NCBI GenBank assembly: GCA_963976395.1
Contig: CAXBLG010000008.1
Location: forward strand, 12,018 to 76,017
From: an uncultured Rhodospirillaceae bacterium
Lineage (GTDB): Bacteria; Pseudomonadota; Alphaproteobacteria; Rhodospirillales; Rhodospirillaceae
Direction: 5' to 3'
Length of the DNA stretch: 64,000 bases
The first letter of the stretch is position 1. The number at the start of each line of letters is the position of its first letter. Under the pieces are notes generated by a model, which saw only the letters and a program-made list of their open reading frames with translations, made no database searches and had not been told where the DNA came from. This document shows, in pieces, positions 1 through 9,032 of the stretch. The translations under genes and the position numbers were made by a program.

Positions 1-788
1 TTGAAATCGAACCAGAGGAGTGGCTGACTCTGCCCGCTGGCGTGTCAGTCGAGGAAATATATACCGCTCCCGGTCAAGTTATGGTCGATGCTCGCGGAAT
101 GCCGCTCTACACATTTGCCGGCGACCTAAAGCAAAGTAAAGGATCGTTGAAAGATTGGACGCCTATTGTAGCATCTCAGCTCGCGCTCCCCGTTGGCGAT
201 TTTACGGTGGTTGCGCGTGACGATGGCATCTACCAATGGGCCCTAAATGGAAAACCCCTGTTCACCTACAATGGTGATGTTGAGCTGGGGGATTCCAACG
301 GCAAAGCTGTGGACCCCAGGTTCAACTTGGCGTGGGTAATGCGCTATTACATGCCGCCTGAAGTCGCCATTCGTCAGGATCAACGTCGCGGCGGTGTTCT
401 GATTGAAGCGACGACAGGCAAGTCTCTTTATGCTCGTGACCGTGCTACTTACGGCGGAACTGGTGGACACAACGCACGTGGTGGGAGTCGCGGAAATTTC
501 GGGACGGGGCAGTCTATTGGTCTGTCAGGATGTGATGCGATATGCGAGCAAACATGGCGACCGTTGCTGGCAGCTCCGAACGCAGAAGCGAATGGGTACT
601 GGACCACTTTTGATCGTCCGGACGGGTCCAAACAGTGGGCCTATCAGGGATATGCCTTATATACTTACGCCAATGAGGGTTCAGGTATCGTGACAGGTCA
701 TGATACTTATGATGTGACCGTTAACCATAGCGTCCAAGATGTGAGCGCCACCAATCTTGGGCTCTACTGGCGAGTCACTTCACCCTAA
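1..788 (+). CDS. COG4315-type secreted/lipoprotein repeat protein (Y-x-[FWY]-x-x-D repeats); 5' end lies outside the window
   Basis: Frame 3 is open from nt 3 to TAA 786-788 (track ORF 42..788 starts at an internal GTG). Family-signature repeats are present: PLYTFAGD, PLFTYNGD, SLYARD, ALYTYANE. Confidence 0.6.
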   Translation, partial: EIEPEEWLTLPAGVSVEEIYTAPGQVMVDARGMPLYTFAGDLKQSKGSLKDWTPIVASQLALPVGDFTVVARDDGIYQWALNGKPLFTYNGDVELGDSNGKAVDPRFNLAWVMRYYMPPEVAIRQDQRRGGVLIEATTGKSLYARDRATYGGTGGHNARGGSRGNFGTGQSIGLSGCDAICEQTWRPLLAAPNAEANGYWTTFDRPDGSKQWAYQGYALYTYANEGSGIVTGHDTYDVTVNHSVQDVSATNLGLYWRVTSP

Positions 789-843
789 CGACTTCTCAGG
801 GGACTGTTCAATTCGGCCTCGTTTGAGAACGAGTAAGCAGAGT

Positions 844-2472
844 CTATGTAATCGGCGACAACAGGCCGATAAATCCGGCGGCCTCTTCTCCGCTATCATA
901 GAGCAAGGTTGTGGGCTCGCTGGACAGTATTTTTAGACCGGCGCTCATGGCCGTGTTTTCTACATATGTGGGGCTATGGGAAAATCGTCCCGAGGAACTT
1001 AGTCTAAACTGTCCATCAGGGCTGTGTTCGTAAGTACAGGCAAAAACGCCCTCTGCAGTTAAGTGCGCCGCTATACCTGTAAACAGTTCTGTTAGGCTCC
1101 CAAAATAGGGCAGCATATCCGCAGCGGTTATGAGGTCGAAGCCTCCTTCGATTTCTGGTAGCGCTTCGTTCACATCACGATGAATTAGACGGCTATAAAT
1201 ATTTTTTCGCCGTGCGACGTTCAGCATGGTTTCTGAAATGTCGACACCAATCTTTTCCTCACCAGTGATAATACCGTTCAGAGCCGACGCCATAAGGCCG
1301 GTACCGCATCCTAAATCCAACCACCGTGAGAAAGACGGCCCTTGCTCGCGCACTTTTGAAAGTGCTGATGCAATGCGCTGCGGCATTTGATACGCGAGTT
1401 CACTTGTCATGCGCTGATCGTAACGATGAGCCAGGCGGGCAAAAATACTTTCAACGAAGCCGGGAACGGGCTGGGACAATGGCTCCCGATGCAAAGCAGC
1501 GAGAAGGTGACGCGCCTCACTGTGTTGCGGATTCAAAGTAAGAAGGCTTTGCAGCGTGCGTTCAGCCCCATCGGTGTTTTCGGCCAATCGCGCGACGGTG
1601 TACATCGCGATAAGTCCAGGAATGCTGGCGTTTGCGCGGTCGACCTTAGCCAAAATTTCCGTGGCCTCATTAATGTGGCCGCTCTCCAGAAGTAAAATCC
1701 CAATGGATTCTCGCGCCACTCCTAGGTTGGGTTCCAAGCTCAGAGCCTTCCGGCACAACGCTAAACCTTCCTCGGTTCTTCCCGCGTAGTGAAGTGTACT
1801 GCCAAGGATTATGTGCGCGGTGGCACTTTTAGGTTGGTTTGCGACGGCGATGCGTAGGATACGAATGGCTTCACTGAAATCCCCTACCGCAGACAGAAGA
1901 TTTCCCAACTTGAGGGTGGCCTCTGCGTGATCGGGTAATATTCTCGCAATTCGCCGGTAGCATACTATAGCTTCATCAATACGCTTGAGATGCACCAGCA
2001 CATCCCCCCGACCGATGGAGGCGGCGGGATCCAATGGCGCTAACGCCAAAGTCTGCGCAAATGCAGATTCGGCCTCTTGCCAGTTGCCGGCAGCGGCGTA
2101 AGCCTTTCCCAATCTTAACCAGTAGCGCGCCTTGTCAGGAAAGATTTGTGTGATTGTGCGCAAATGGCGTGCCGCGCCGGAAGGGTTTCCCATGCTTTCA
2201 TATGAGGTCACAGCGCGCATGATTATCATCGGGCTGATTGGCCATCTATTTAAAGCATCTTCAATGGCGATGATTGCGGCGGTTTCCTTTCCGCAAGCTT
2301 GCAACCCTTCTACAGAAGCGATGACCGCGTTTTTGTCGTCGCTTAGAGCGGCGACTTCTTTGTACATCGTTGCCGCCGACTCCAAGCTTCCTGCCATCTG
2401 CATGGCTCGAGCCTGTGCCAAAATCGCAGCGGCACCTTCAACGGACAATGGTTCCTTCATATGCAAAATCAC
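844..2472 (-). CDS. TPR-repeat protein fused to a C-terminal class I SAM-dependent methyltransferase domain
   Basis: 542-aa ORF. The N-terminal ~330 aa are TPR-like helical repeats (e.g. ARYWLRLGKAYAAAGNWQEAESAFAQTLALAP). The C-terminal part has SAM motif I (WLDLGCGTGL) and a later acidic motif (FDLITAADMLPY). Confidence 0.75.
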   Translation of the reverse strand: MILHMKEPLSVEGAAAILAQARAMQMAGSLESAATMYKEVAALSDDKNAVIASVEGLQACGKETAAIIAIEDALNRWPISPMIIMRAVTSYESMGNPSGAARHLRTITQIFPDKARYWLRLGKAYAAAGNWQEAESAFAQTLALAPLDPAASIGRGDVLVHLKRIDEAIVCYRRIARILPDHAEATLKLGNLLSAVGDFSEAIRILRIAVANQPKSATAHIILGSTLHYAGRTEEGLALCRKALSLEPNLGVARESIGILLLESGHINEATEILAKVDRANASIPGLIAMYTVARLAENTDGAERTLQSLLTLNPQHSEARHLLAALHREPLSQPVPGFVESIFARLAHRYDQRMTSELAYQMPQRIASALSKVREQGPSFSRWLDLGCGTGLMASALNGIITGEEKIGVDISETMLNVARRKNIYSRLIHRDVNEALPEIEGGFDLITAADMLPYFGSLTELFTGIAAHLTAEGVFACTYEHSPDGQFRLSSSGRFSHSPTYVENTAMSAGLKILSSEPTTLLYDSGEEAAGFIGLLSPIT

Positions 2473-2521
2473 TGACGAAAGATCGGAACAACGAACGGCG
2501 GTCTACAAGTCCAGCCTGATC

Positions 2522-2556
2522 TAAAGAAATGCCCGGACTCGTAACAAGTCCGGGCT
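2522..2556 (-). terminator. Intrinsic terminator downstream of the BI-1/YccA gene
   Basis: Minus-strand RNA GCCCGGACU-UGUUACG-AGUCCGGGC (9-bp GC-rich stem 2531-2539/2547-2555, 7-nt loop) followed by AUUUCUUU. It lies 27 nt after the stop at 2583. Confidence 0.55.
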
Positions 2557-2582
2557 GAGAAGTGTTAGAAACGGCGGCCGGT

Positions 2583-3338
2583 TTAGTCGCGGCGCGCGCC
2601 TAGGAACTGCAGTAAGAACATGAACAGGTTCACAAAATCGAGGTACAGACGCAGTGCGCCCATAACCGCAGATTTGCCTTCCATGCTGCTGCCCTGAGCC
2701 TGGAAGTATGTGTTTTTGATGGATTGAGTGTCATAAGCCGTAAGGCCTGCGAACAACAACACGCCGACTGCAGAGTAAACAAAATGCAACATGGCACTTT
2801 GCAGGAATATGTTCACGACACCGGCGATCAAAAGGCCGATCAAACCCATCATCAGAAATGTTCCGAAGGCGGATAAGTCGCGCTTTGTTGTGTAACCGTA
2901 GAGGCTCAAGCCGCCGAAAGAGATGGCGGTAATGAAAAAGACTCGGGCAACACTTTCGCCAGTGTAGGCAATCAGGGCCACCGAAAGACCAACGCCCATC
3001 AATGCGACGAATGCCCAATACAAAGCTTGAACCGTGCTCGTGCTCATCTTGTTGGCGCCAAAACTCATGGCCAAAATCAAGCCAATTGGTGCGAACACCG
3101 CGATCATGCCTAAGCCGGTATATCCCATGGCTCCGCCTTCGGCGGATTGAAAGAACAGGCTACGAATACCGTCATTGTTCGCAACCAACCATGCGACAAT
3201 GCCCGACAAGAACAAGCCTGACCCCATGTAATTGTAAACACGCAGCATATATTGCCGAAGACCGGCATCGATTTGCACGGCCTCCGCGCTGCCTGCTGGC
3301 GCGCCCGAATATGCTCTGCGATTGGCTTCAGTAACCAT
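2583..3338 (-). CDS. Bax inhibitor-1/YccA/YbhL family (UPF0005) integral membrane protein
   Basis: 251 aa, ~7 hydrophobic helices. N-terminal QYMLRVYNYMGSGL and C-terminal LRLYLDFVNLFMFLLQFLG are typical of the family. Confidence 0.85.
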   Translation of the reverse strand: MVTEANRRAYSGAPAGSAEAVQIDAGLRQYMLRVYNYMGSGLFLSGIVAWLVANNDGIRSLFFQSAEGGAMGYTGLGMIAVFAPIGLILAMSFGANKMSTSTVQALYWAFVALMGVGLSVALIAYTGESVARVFFITAISFGGLSLYGYTTKRDLSAFGTFLMMGLIGLLIAGVVNIFLQSAMLHFVYSAVGVLLFAGLTAYDTQSIKNTYFQAQGSSMEGKSAVMGALRLYLDFVNLFMFLLQFLGARRD

Positions 3339-3470
3339 GATGCTCCTCGTGTGTTAATCCGTACGTCCGCACATCGCGGACTGTTGCCCTATATTGGGAT
3401 ATCAGTCCCGTCCCGCAACATAAATCGGTCGAATACTGCAGAAATTTAACCAAAGCCCTGCAATATTTTG
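3339..3470 (-). promoter_or_regulatory. Candidate structured 5' leader of the BI-1/YbhL-type gene (possible ybhL-leader-type RNA)
   Basis: There is a 172-nt non-coding gap upstream of the start codon. The minus-strand RNA has a perfect hairpin GUCCGC-GAUGU-GCGGAC (3365-3381) and a GGGACUG...CAGUCC pairing. A ybhL leader motif is catalogued upstream of this gene family in alphaproteobacteria. Not verified with a covariance model. Confidence 0.3.
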
Positions 3471-3510
3471 ATTATAAATCAATATATTTTAAAACTCTAC
3501 ACGTTCCGCT

Positions 3511-6066
3511 CTATTCGTTCCGGAGGTGCGGGGCGGCCTTTGTGCCCATGGCGCGCCATGTTCCGGTGAATCCGGCGAGCAAGGTCACGGCAATACAACT
3601 ACTGAGCACGGTCGCGACGAGACCGTAGTCCAATTGCCACTCAATAATCTCCATGATTTCCGTGACCACCCCCCAGGCCCCTAGTGTCCCGACTACAGCG
3701 GCGATCAAGCCGGTGGCGATACCAAGGAGCAGGTACTCGAAGATGAAGGCCTTCAATACATCGCCGCGGGTTGCACCCAGAACTTTCAAAACGATGGATT
3801 CGTAAATGCGCCGCGAATGACCGGCGGCAACAGCGCCCGCCAATACAAGCGCGCCGGATACAAGCGCGACGGCTGCCGTCATACGCACGGCAAGCCCGAG
3901 ACTGTCTAAAATTCCACGCGCCATATCCAAGGCCTGCCGGACTTGCACCACAGTCACATTGGGCATGGCATTTAGTACGGCCGTTTCAATAGCAAGTTCG
4001 GTATCAGGCTCAGACTTTACGGTGGCGAGGTAAGTACTTGGCGCGCCCTCAAGAGCATTCGGCGAAAAAATATAGGTGAAATTCATCGCGCCAGATTGCC
4101 AGCGAATATCGCGAAAGCTTGCTATGCGTGCCGTGATTTCGCGTCCGAGAATATTTACAGTCATGGTCTCGCCAAGGCTGACACCAATATCGCGTGCGAC
4201 TTCGGCATCGATAGAGACTAAATTTTCGCCGGTATAGTCAGATGCCCACCACTCCCCTTGGGTGAGGCGCGTATTCTCGGGCATAGTTGCGGCGTGCGAA
4301 ATGCTGCGTTCACCGCGAATGGCCCACCTGCTGCCTTGCGCGACTTGCACCTCATCAGCGGGTACATCGTTGACGCGCACCACACGTCCGCGAATCATGG
4401 CCGATGTAAGCACTTTTTCAACGCCGGGCATTGAAGTCACGATCTGGCGGAACTGCTCTTCCTGCTGCGGCTGAATATCAATGAAGAACATGCTGGGGGC
4501 GTCACTAGGTAACCCTTCGTCGATTGTGGCGTTGAGATTGGATTCGACAAGCGCTATTGCGACCAACACGGATAGCCCAAGACCTAACGACAATACTACG
4601 GACGTCGTCGGTGATCCTGGGCGGTAAAGATTTGCGAGCGCCAATCGAAGGGTTGGCCGTCCTGCTGTTGGACTATTGCGTCCCGAAGCCATGCGCGCGG
4701 CAAATCGCATAACGCCGGTTGCGGCTATGCGAAAGAGCACCATAGATACTGCTGCGCCGCTGACAAAATAGAATGCGTAAAGCGGTTGTTCTGCGGTTCC
4801 GACAGTGAAAGCGGCGAGGGCCGCCGCAATAATTCCGATTACGATTACATATTTTTTCCTAGGCCACCGGCCCTGATCAGCGAGTAGAGACCGAAACAAC
4901 GCGACTGGGGGAATGTCGCGCGCGCGCGCCAAGGGCCACAGTGTAAAAAGGGCGGCCGTTAGCGCGCCGAACACAGTCGCTTTTATCAAGGCGTAAGGAT
5001 AAAGGCCAAATTCCGCCTTGACCGGCAAAAGATCACCCAGGGTGTTTGCGGCGATGAATGGGATAGTGGCGCCAAGAACAAGGCCGATCACTATCCCGAC
5101 AAATGCCAGAAGACCCAATTGAATCAGATATATAGAGAATACCATGTCTGCAGGCGCACCCAGGCATTTCAAGGTGGCGATCGTATTGAGACGGCCCAAT
5201 AGATGTGCGCGCACGGCATTCGCAACGCCGATGCCGCCGGTGAGCAATGCGGTTAGTCCAACTAGAGTGAGAAACAGAGTTACGTTGTCGAGAAATCGTT
5301 CCAGTCCACCGGCCGCTTGATTGAGACCGCGAATACGCCAAGTTGCGTCGGGAAAATCACGGTCTAGTCGGGCGCGCATGTCTTCGGCCGACTCTGATTT
5401 GTCGAGCCGGATATTGTAGTTGAATTCGACCAAGCTACCCATTTGGACGAGATCGGTGTCCGGAAGGGCTTTGCTGCTGATCATGACCCGAGGTCCGACG
5501 GTTGCGAAACTCACCGATCGGTCCGGTTCAAACATCACAATGGCACGTACTTGCAACGGAGCTTCGCCCACATAGATGATGTCGCCTAAGTCGATGTTTA
5601 GACGCGCACGAAGAGAGTCGTCTATTGCAGCGCCCCACATGCCATTCTTCTGTGCAAGCGTATCCGGCAGCGACATGGCCGGCAAAAGTTCCAGCGCCCC
5701 ATACAGCGGATACGTATCCTCGACGGCTTTCAATTCGATAAGTGTGCGGCTTTCGACATTGCCTTCGACCGTTTCGGTCCTGGCCATCGAGCGCAGCTGA
5801 ACTTGTTGGCTTACTGTGCCCCCGAGTTCCAAACCGGTGCGTTGTTCTTCGCTGATCGGATAAGAGTCGGAATCAATTTGTAAGTCCCCCCCCAACATCG
5901 GCCGGGCGTCGGAGGCTATTCCCGCTTTTACAGACTCATTTAGCGAGGTTGCGCCGGCGATGGCGGTAACGCCGATCGCAATGCAGGCCAGAAATATGCG
6001 AAAGCCGCGTAATCCGCCGCGTAGCTCCCGCAAGGCAAAGCGTAAGGAAAGCGGCAGGCTCTGCAT
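3511..6066 (-). CDS. ABC transporter permease, FtsX-like double module (YbbP type)
   Basis: 851 aa with two FtsX-type 4-TM bundles plus extra TM segments and large periplasmic loops. It starts 3 nt after the ATPase gene stop. Same tesA/ybbA/ybbP layout as in enterobacteria. Confidence 0.85.
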   Translation of the reverse strand: MQSLPLSLRFALRELRGGLRGFRIFLACIAIGVTAIAGATSLNESVKAGIASDARPMLGGDLQIDSDSYPISEEQRTGLELGGTVSQQVQLRSMARTETVEGNVESRTLIELKAVEDTYPLYGALELLPAMSLPDTLAQKNGMWGAAIDDSLRARLNIDLGDIIYVGEAPLQVRAIVMFEPDRSVSFATVGPRVMISSKALPDTDLVQMGSLVEFNYNIRLDKSESAEDMRARLDRDFPDATWRIRGLNQAAGGLERFLDNVTLFLTLVGLTALLTGGIGVANAVRAHLLGRLNTIATLKCLGAPADMVFSIYLIQLGLLAFVGIVIGLVLGATIPFIAANTLGDLLPVKAEFGLYPYALIKATVFGALTAALFTLWPLARARDIPPVALFRSLLADQGRWPRKKYVIVIGIIAAALAAFTVGTAEQPLYAFYFVSGAAVSMVLFRIAATGVMRFAARMASGRNSPTAGRPTLRLALANLYRPGSPTTSVVLSLGLGLSVLVAIALVESNLNATIDEGLPSDAPSMFFIDIQPQQEEQFRQIVTSMPGVEKVLTSAMIRGRVVRVNDVPADEVQVAQGSRWAIRGERSISHAATMPENTRLTQGEWWASDYTGENLVSIDAEVARDIGVSLGETMTVNILGREITARIASFRDIRWQSGAMNFTYIFSPNALEGAPSTYLATVKSEPDTELAIETAVLNAMPNVTVVQVRQALDMARGILDSLGLAVRMTAAVALVSGALVLAGAVAAGHSRRIYESIVLKVLGATRGDVLKAFIFEYLLLGIATGLIAAVVGTLGAWGVVTEIMEIIEWQLDYGLVATVLSSCIAVTLLAGFTGTWRAMGTKAAPHLRNE

Positions 6067-6068
6067 GC

Positions 6069-6824
6069 TTATCTCCCTGTCGCACCCGGGGCATCGGAAA
6101 GCCCTTCGCCCACAATAAGGCCGTCGGCGATACGCACCACGCGATCACAGCGTTTTGCCAAACCAAGGTCATGGGTAATCAACACCAAAGTCGTGTTGCT
6201 TTTGTCGTGTAGCTCAAAAAGAAGATCAATAATTTGCTGGCCGGTAGCTCCGTCCAGATTGCCGGTTGGTTCGTCGGCAAGGAGGATTTTCGGCTTTACC
6301 GCAAACGCGCGCGCTAAGGCGACGCGCTGCTGCTCACCACCGGACAACTGGCCGGGGTAGTGGTCAATCCGGTGACCGAGTCCGACCGCCTTTAATTGTT
6401 CCTCAGCACGGTCAAACGCATCTCTTAATCCGGCAAACTCCAGCGGCACGGCGACGTTCTCGAGCGCGCTCATGGTTGGAATAAGGTGGAACGACTGAAA
6501 GACAATTCCAACCGCGTCACGGCGAAAAAGGGCCAGGGCGTCTTCATCCAGGGCTGCATAATCGGTGCCTGCTATCTCGACACGGCCCGACGAGATGCGT
6601 TCCAGACCGGCGATAATCATCAGCATGGTCGTCTTGCCCGAGCCGGAAGGGCCGACCACGCCGAGGGCTGTCCCCGCGCTGACATTTAAATCCACACCTC
6701 GCAGGATGTTGACCGGCCCGGCTGGTCCCTCCAAAGTAAGGTGCACTTGGTTCAGGGCGATGGCGGCCGGAGCCGCCGGGTCTATTGCAGTGGGCGAGTT
6801 GTGGTTGGTCGCAAGAGTGTCCAT
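6069..6824 (-). CDS. ABC transporter ATP-binding protein (YbbA/LolD/MacB-like)
   Basis: Walker A GPSGSGKTT, signature LSGGEQQRVALARA, Walker B ILLADEPTGNLD. Start placed at ATG 6824 (MDTLATN). The longest-ORF start at 6887 would overlap the divergent esterase gene. Confidence 0.9.
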   Translation of the reverse strand: MDTLATNHNSPTAIDPAAPAAIALNQVHLTLEGPAGPVNILRGVDLNVSAGTALGVVGPSGSGKTTMLMIIAGLERISSGRVEIAGTDYAALDEDALALFRRDAVGIVFQSFHLIPTMSALENVAVPLEFAGLRDAFDRAEEQLKAVGLGHRIDHYPGQLSGGEQQRVALARAFAVKPKILLADEPTGNLDGATGQQIIDLLFELHDKSNTTLVLITHDLGLAKRCDRVVRIADGLIVGEGLSDAPGATGR

Positions 6825-6855
6825 ATGATGCACGGGTCCGATGGGAAATTGACGG

Positions 6856-7620
6856 ATGTTTATGGCGGCGTTTGATACCATGTACACGCGACAATTGTTA
6901 CCGCGCAGATTATTGTTTCAGAAAGCTATATTGATTCTTTTTGTAACAATCGCTGCTATTTGGGGCGATTTTCCAGGCCTTAGTATAAGTGGCGCCCACG
7001 GGGCGGATACGGCTGAAGATAAGTCCATCCGAATCTTAGCATTTGGAGACAGTTTAACGGCCGGATACGGCCTTGATGATCCGACAAAAGCCTTTCCCGC
7101 TCAGTTGGAAGCGCGCCTCAAGGACAAAGGTTACAATATTGTTATCCTGCAAGCGGGCGTTTCCGGCGATACGACAAGTGGCGGACGCTCGCGTCTTGAA
7201 TGGTCTTTGGCGGAAAAACCTGACGCGGTGATTGTCGCCCTTGGCGGCAACGACGCTTTGCGCGCAGTCGATCCTGCGGTCACCGCCGATAACATGGATT
7301 TTATTGTGCGTCGTATCCAGAAAGCCGGCATTCCGGTTTTAGTCGCAGGCATGCTTGCTCCGCCTAATCTCGGGCGGGACTACGGCGAGCGGTTTAATGC
7401 CATTTTTTCTGACGTCGCGACGGATACTGGAGCGCTGTTTTATCCATTTTTTCTAGACGGTGTTGTTGCCGACCCGAAGCTGAACCAGAATGATCGTATT
7501 CATCCAACCGCAGAAGGTGTCGCTGTCATCGTATCGCGCATCATTCCTGTTGTTGAAAAATTGATTGCGCTTGTTAAAGACAATAAGCCCGCCAACCAAG
7601 CCGCATCCTCCGGCGGCTAA
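6856..7620 (+). CDS. tesA: SGNH/GDSL arylesterase / acyl-CoA thioesterase I-like, secreted
   Basis: SGNH blocks are present: ILAFGDSLTAGYG (Ser), ALGGNDAL, NDRIHPT (Asp-x-x-His). Hydrophobic signal-like N-terminus. Divergent from the ybbA/ybbP-like pair. The start may be 6880 (MYTRQLL). Confidence 0.8.
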   Translation: MFMAAFDTMYTRQLLPRRLLFQKAILILFVTIAAIWGDFPGLSISGAHGADTAEDKSIRILAFGDSLTAGYGLDDPTKAFPAQLEARLKDKGYNIVILQAGVSGDTTSGGRSRLEWSLAEKPDAVIVALGGNDALRAVDPAVTADNMDFIVRRIQKAGIPVLVAGMLAPPNLGRDYGERFNAIFSDVATDTGALFYPFFLDGVVADPKLNQNDRIHPTAEGVAVIVSRIIPVVEKLIALVKDNKPANQAASSGG

Positions 7621-7644
7621 ACGGCGCGAAAAAGCGCCTCTGTC

Positions 7645-8181
7645 ATGATTCGTCTTTTTGTTGGATTGCAGCTTCCCGAATATGTCGCCGCTCGGCTTCA
7701 GCTCTTGTGCAATGGCTTGCCGGGGGCACGGTGGGTTGAGCCCGCGAACATGCACGTTACGTTGCGGTTTATCGGTGAAATCGATGAGCCCGAAGCCGAA
7801 GGCCTTGATCGTTGGCTTGCCGGAGTAACGGCACCGTCGTTTGATGTGGAACTCCAGGGCCTTGGTACCTTTGGTCAGGGGCATAAGATACGTGCACTTT
7901 GGACTGGGGTCGCTCCATCGTCGCCGTTAAATCATCTTCAGGCCAAAATAGAATCGGCTGTGGTGCGTTCGGGCCAATCGCCTGAGACACGTAGATTTAC
8001 GCCCCATGTGACCCTTGCCAGATTCGCGCGCCCTGGACCTGTGCGTCTTCAGTCGTTTGTTGAAGGCAACAATTTATTCCAAGCCGGCCCGTTCCATGTG
8101 GATCAGTTCACGTTGTTCGAAAGCCGCCTTGGCAAAGGGGGCGCGGTATACACCCCGCTTGCGCACTACGAACTGTCTTAA
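7645..8181 (+). CDS. thpR: RNA 2',3'-cyclic phosphodiesterase (2H phosphoesterase, LigT/ThpR)
   Basis: 178 aa with the two H-x-T-x motifs HVTLRFIG and HVTLARF. Confidence 0.85.
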   Translation: MIRLFVGLQLPEYVAARLQLLCNGLPGARWVEPANMHVTLRFIGEIDEPEAEGLDRWLAGVTAPSFDVELQGLGTFGQGHKIRALWTGVAPSSPLNHLQAKIESAVVRSGQSPETRRFTPHVTLARFARPGPVRLQSFVEGNNLFQAGPFHVDQFTLFESRLGKGGAVYTPLAHYELS

Positions 8182-9032
8182 AAGCCGAAGCGTTTCAATG
8201 TTCGGTCTACAGATTGCACATAAGTTCCGCCGAATAATCTTGCGTGTACCAACAGCGGGTACAAATTGTAGATGTCGCACCGTTCTTCAAAAAACCCGGG
8301 CGATAAGCCTCGCAGATCCGCATACCGGCGGAAAAATGGCTCTCTAAAAGTTCCAAACAATGTAGTGAACGCGAGTTCTATTTCTGGATCGCCATAATAA
8401 ATTGCCGGATCAACAAATCCGGATATTTTGCTGCGACCTATTAGGATGTTACCGGTCCATAAATCGCCGTGCAGAAGAGAAGGCGCGGTCGGTTCTGAAA
8501 GCCATTTTTCCAAGTGACCACATAGGTTCTCTAAACGGCGCAGAATGTTGGCAGGTAATCGCCGGGCGTCGTGTGCTTGCTGTGCCATATACACCAAGCG
8601 GTGATCGCGGAAAAACGTTAGCCAGGAATTTTCGAGTGTATTCGGCTGGTGCAGCCCGCCGATTATGGTATCGCAAGAAAATCCGAAAGTGGAGGTGGTT
8701 ATATCGTGCAGCGTTGCCACATGCTGCGCCGCATCTTCTTCTGCGGCTGTGGTCATGGACTCGTCGCCCGAAATAAAATTCATGAGCAATAAGTGATCGT
8801 CGGAAAATAAGACATTTGGCACGGGCAATCGCGAATTTCGGCTTAAAAACTCCAGCATAAAACCTTCAAGGGCGAGTCCCGGTGTAGCGCCTGCTCCGAC
8901 CTTGGCAACGACATCGCGCCCATCGCTGAGGGTCAGGCGGCGAACATCGCTAACGCATCCTCCGGACAGATGAGATTCAAGGACGACATCCGTGTGCAGA
9001 ATTTTTCGCACGCGGTTATGGAGATCGGTCAT
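8178..9032 (-). CDS. Fructosamine/ketosamine kinase family protein
   Basis: LLHGDLWTGNIL catalytic-loop motif and DPAIYYGDPEIELA. The start overlaps the stop of the upstream PTP gene (ATGA). Confidence 0.85.
   Translation of the reverse strand: MTDLHNRVRKILHTDVVLESHLSGGCVSDVRRLTLSDGRDVVAKVGAGATPGLALEGFMLEFLSRNSRLPVPNVLFSDDHLLLMNFISGDESMTTAAEEDAAQHVATLHDITTSTFGFSCDTIIGGLHQPNTLENSWLTFFRDHRLVYMAQQAHDARRLPANILRRLENLCGHLEKWLSEPTAPSLLHGDLWTGNILIGRSKISGFVDPAIYYGDPEIELAFTTLFGTFREPFFRRYADLRGLSPGFFEERCDIYNLYPLLVHARLFGGTYVQSVDRTLKRFGF

Noticed and set aside
5886-5893. A C8 (G8 on the coding strand) homopolymer inside the ybbP-like permease gene, as a possible phase-variation switch. There are similar G7 runs at 37556-37562 and 45719-45725.
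   Set aside because: All are in-frame Gly-Gly codon runs within conserved proteins (LGGD, VGGR, GPGGQ). The genes are intact, and nothing else suggests contingency behaviour.
6856-6887. An apparent 32-nt overlap of the divergent start regions of the ABC ATPase (6887) and the esterase (6856).
   Set aside because: This is most likely an artefact of taking the longest ORFs. Internal ATG starts (6824 for the ATPase, possibly 6880 for the esterase) remove the overlap and give normal N-termini.
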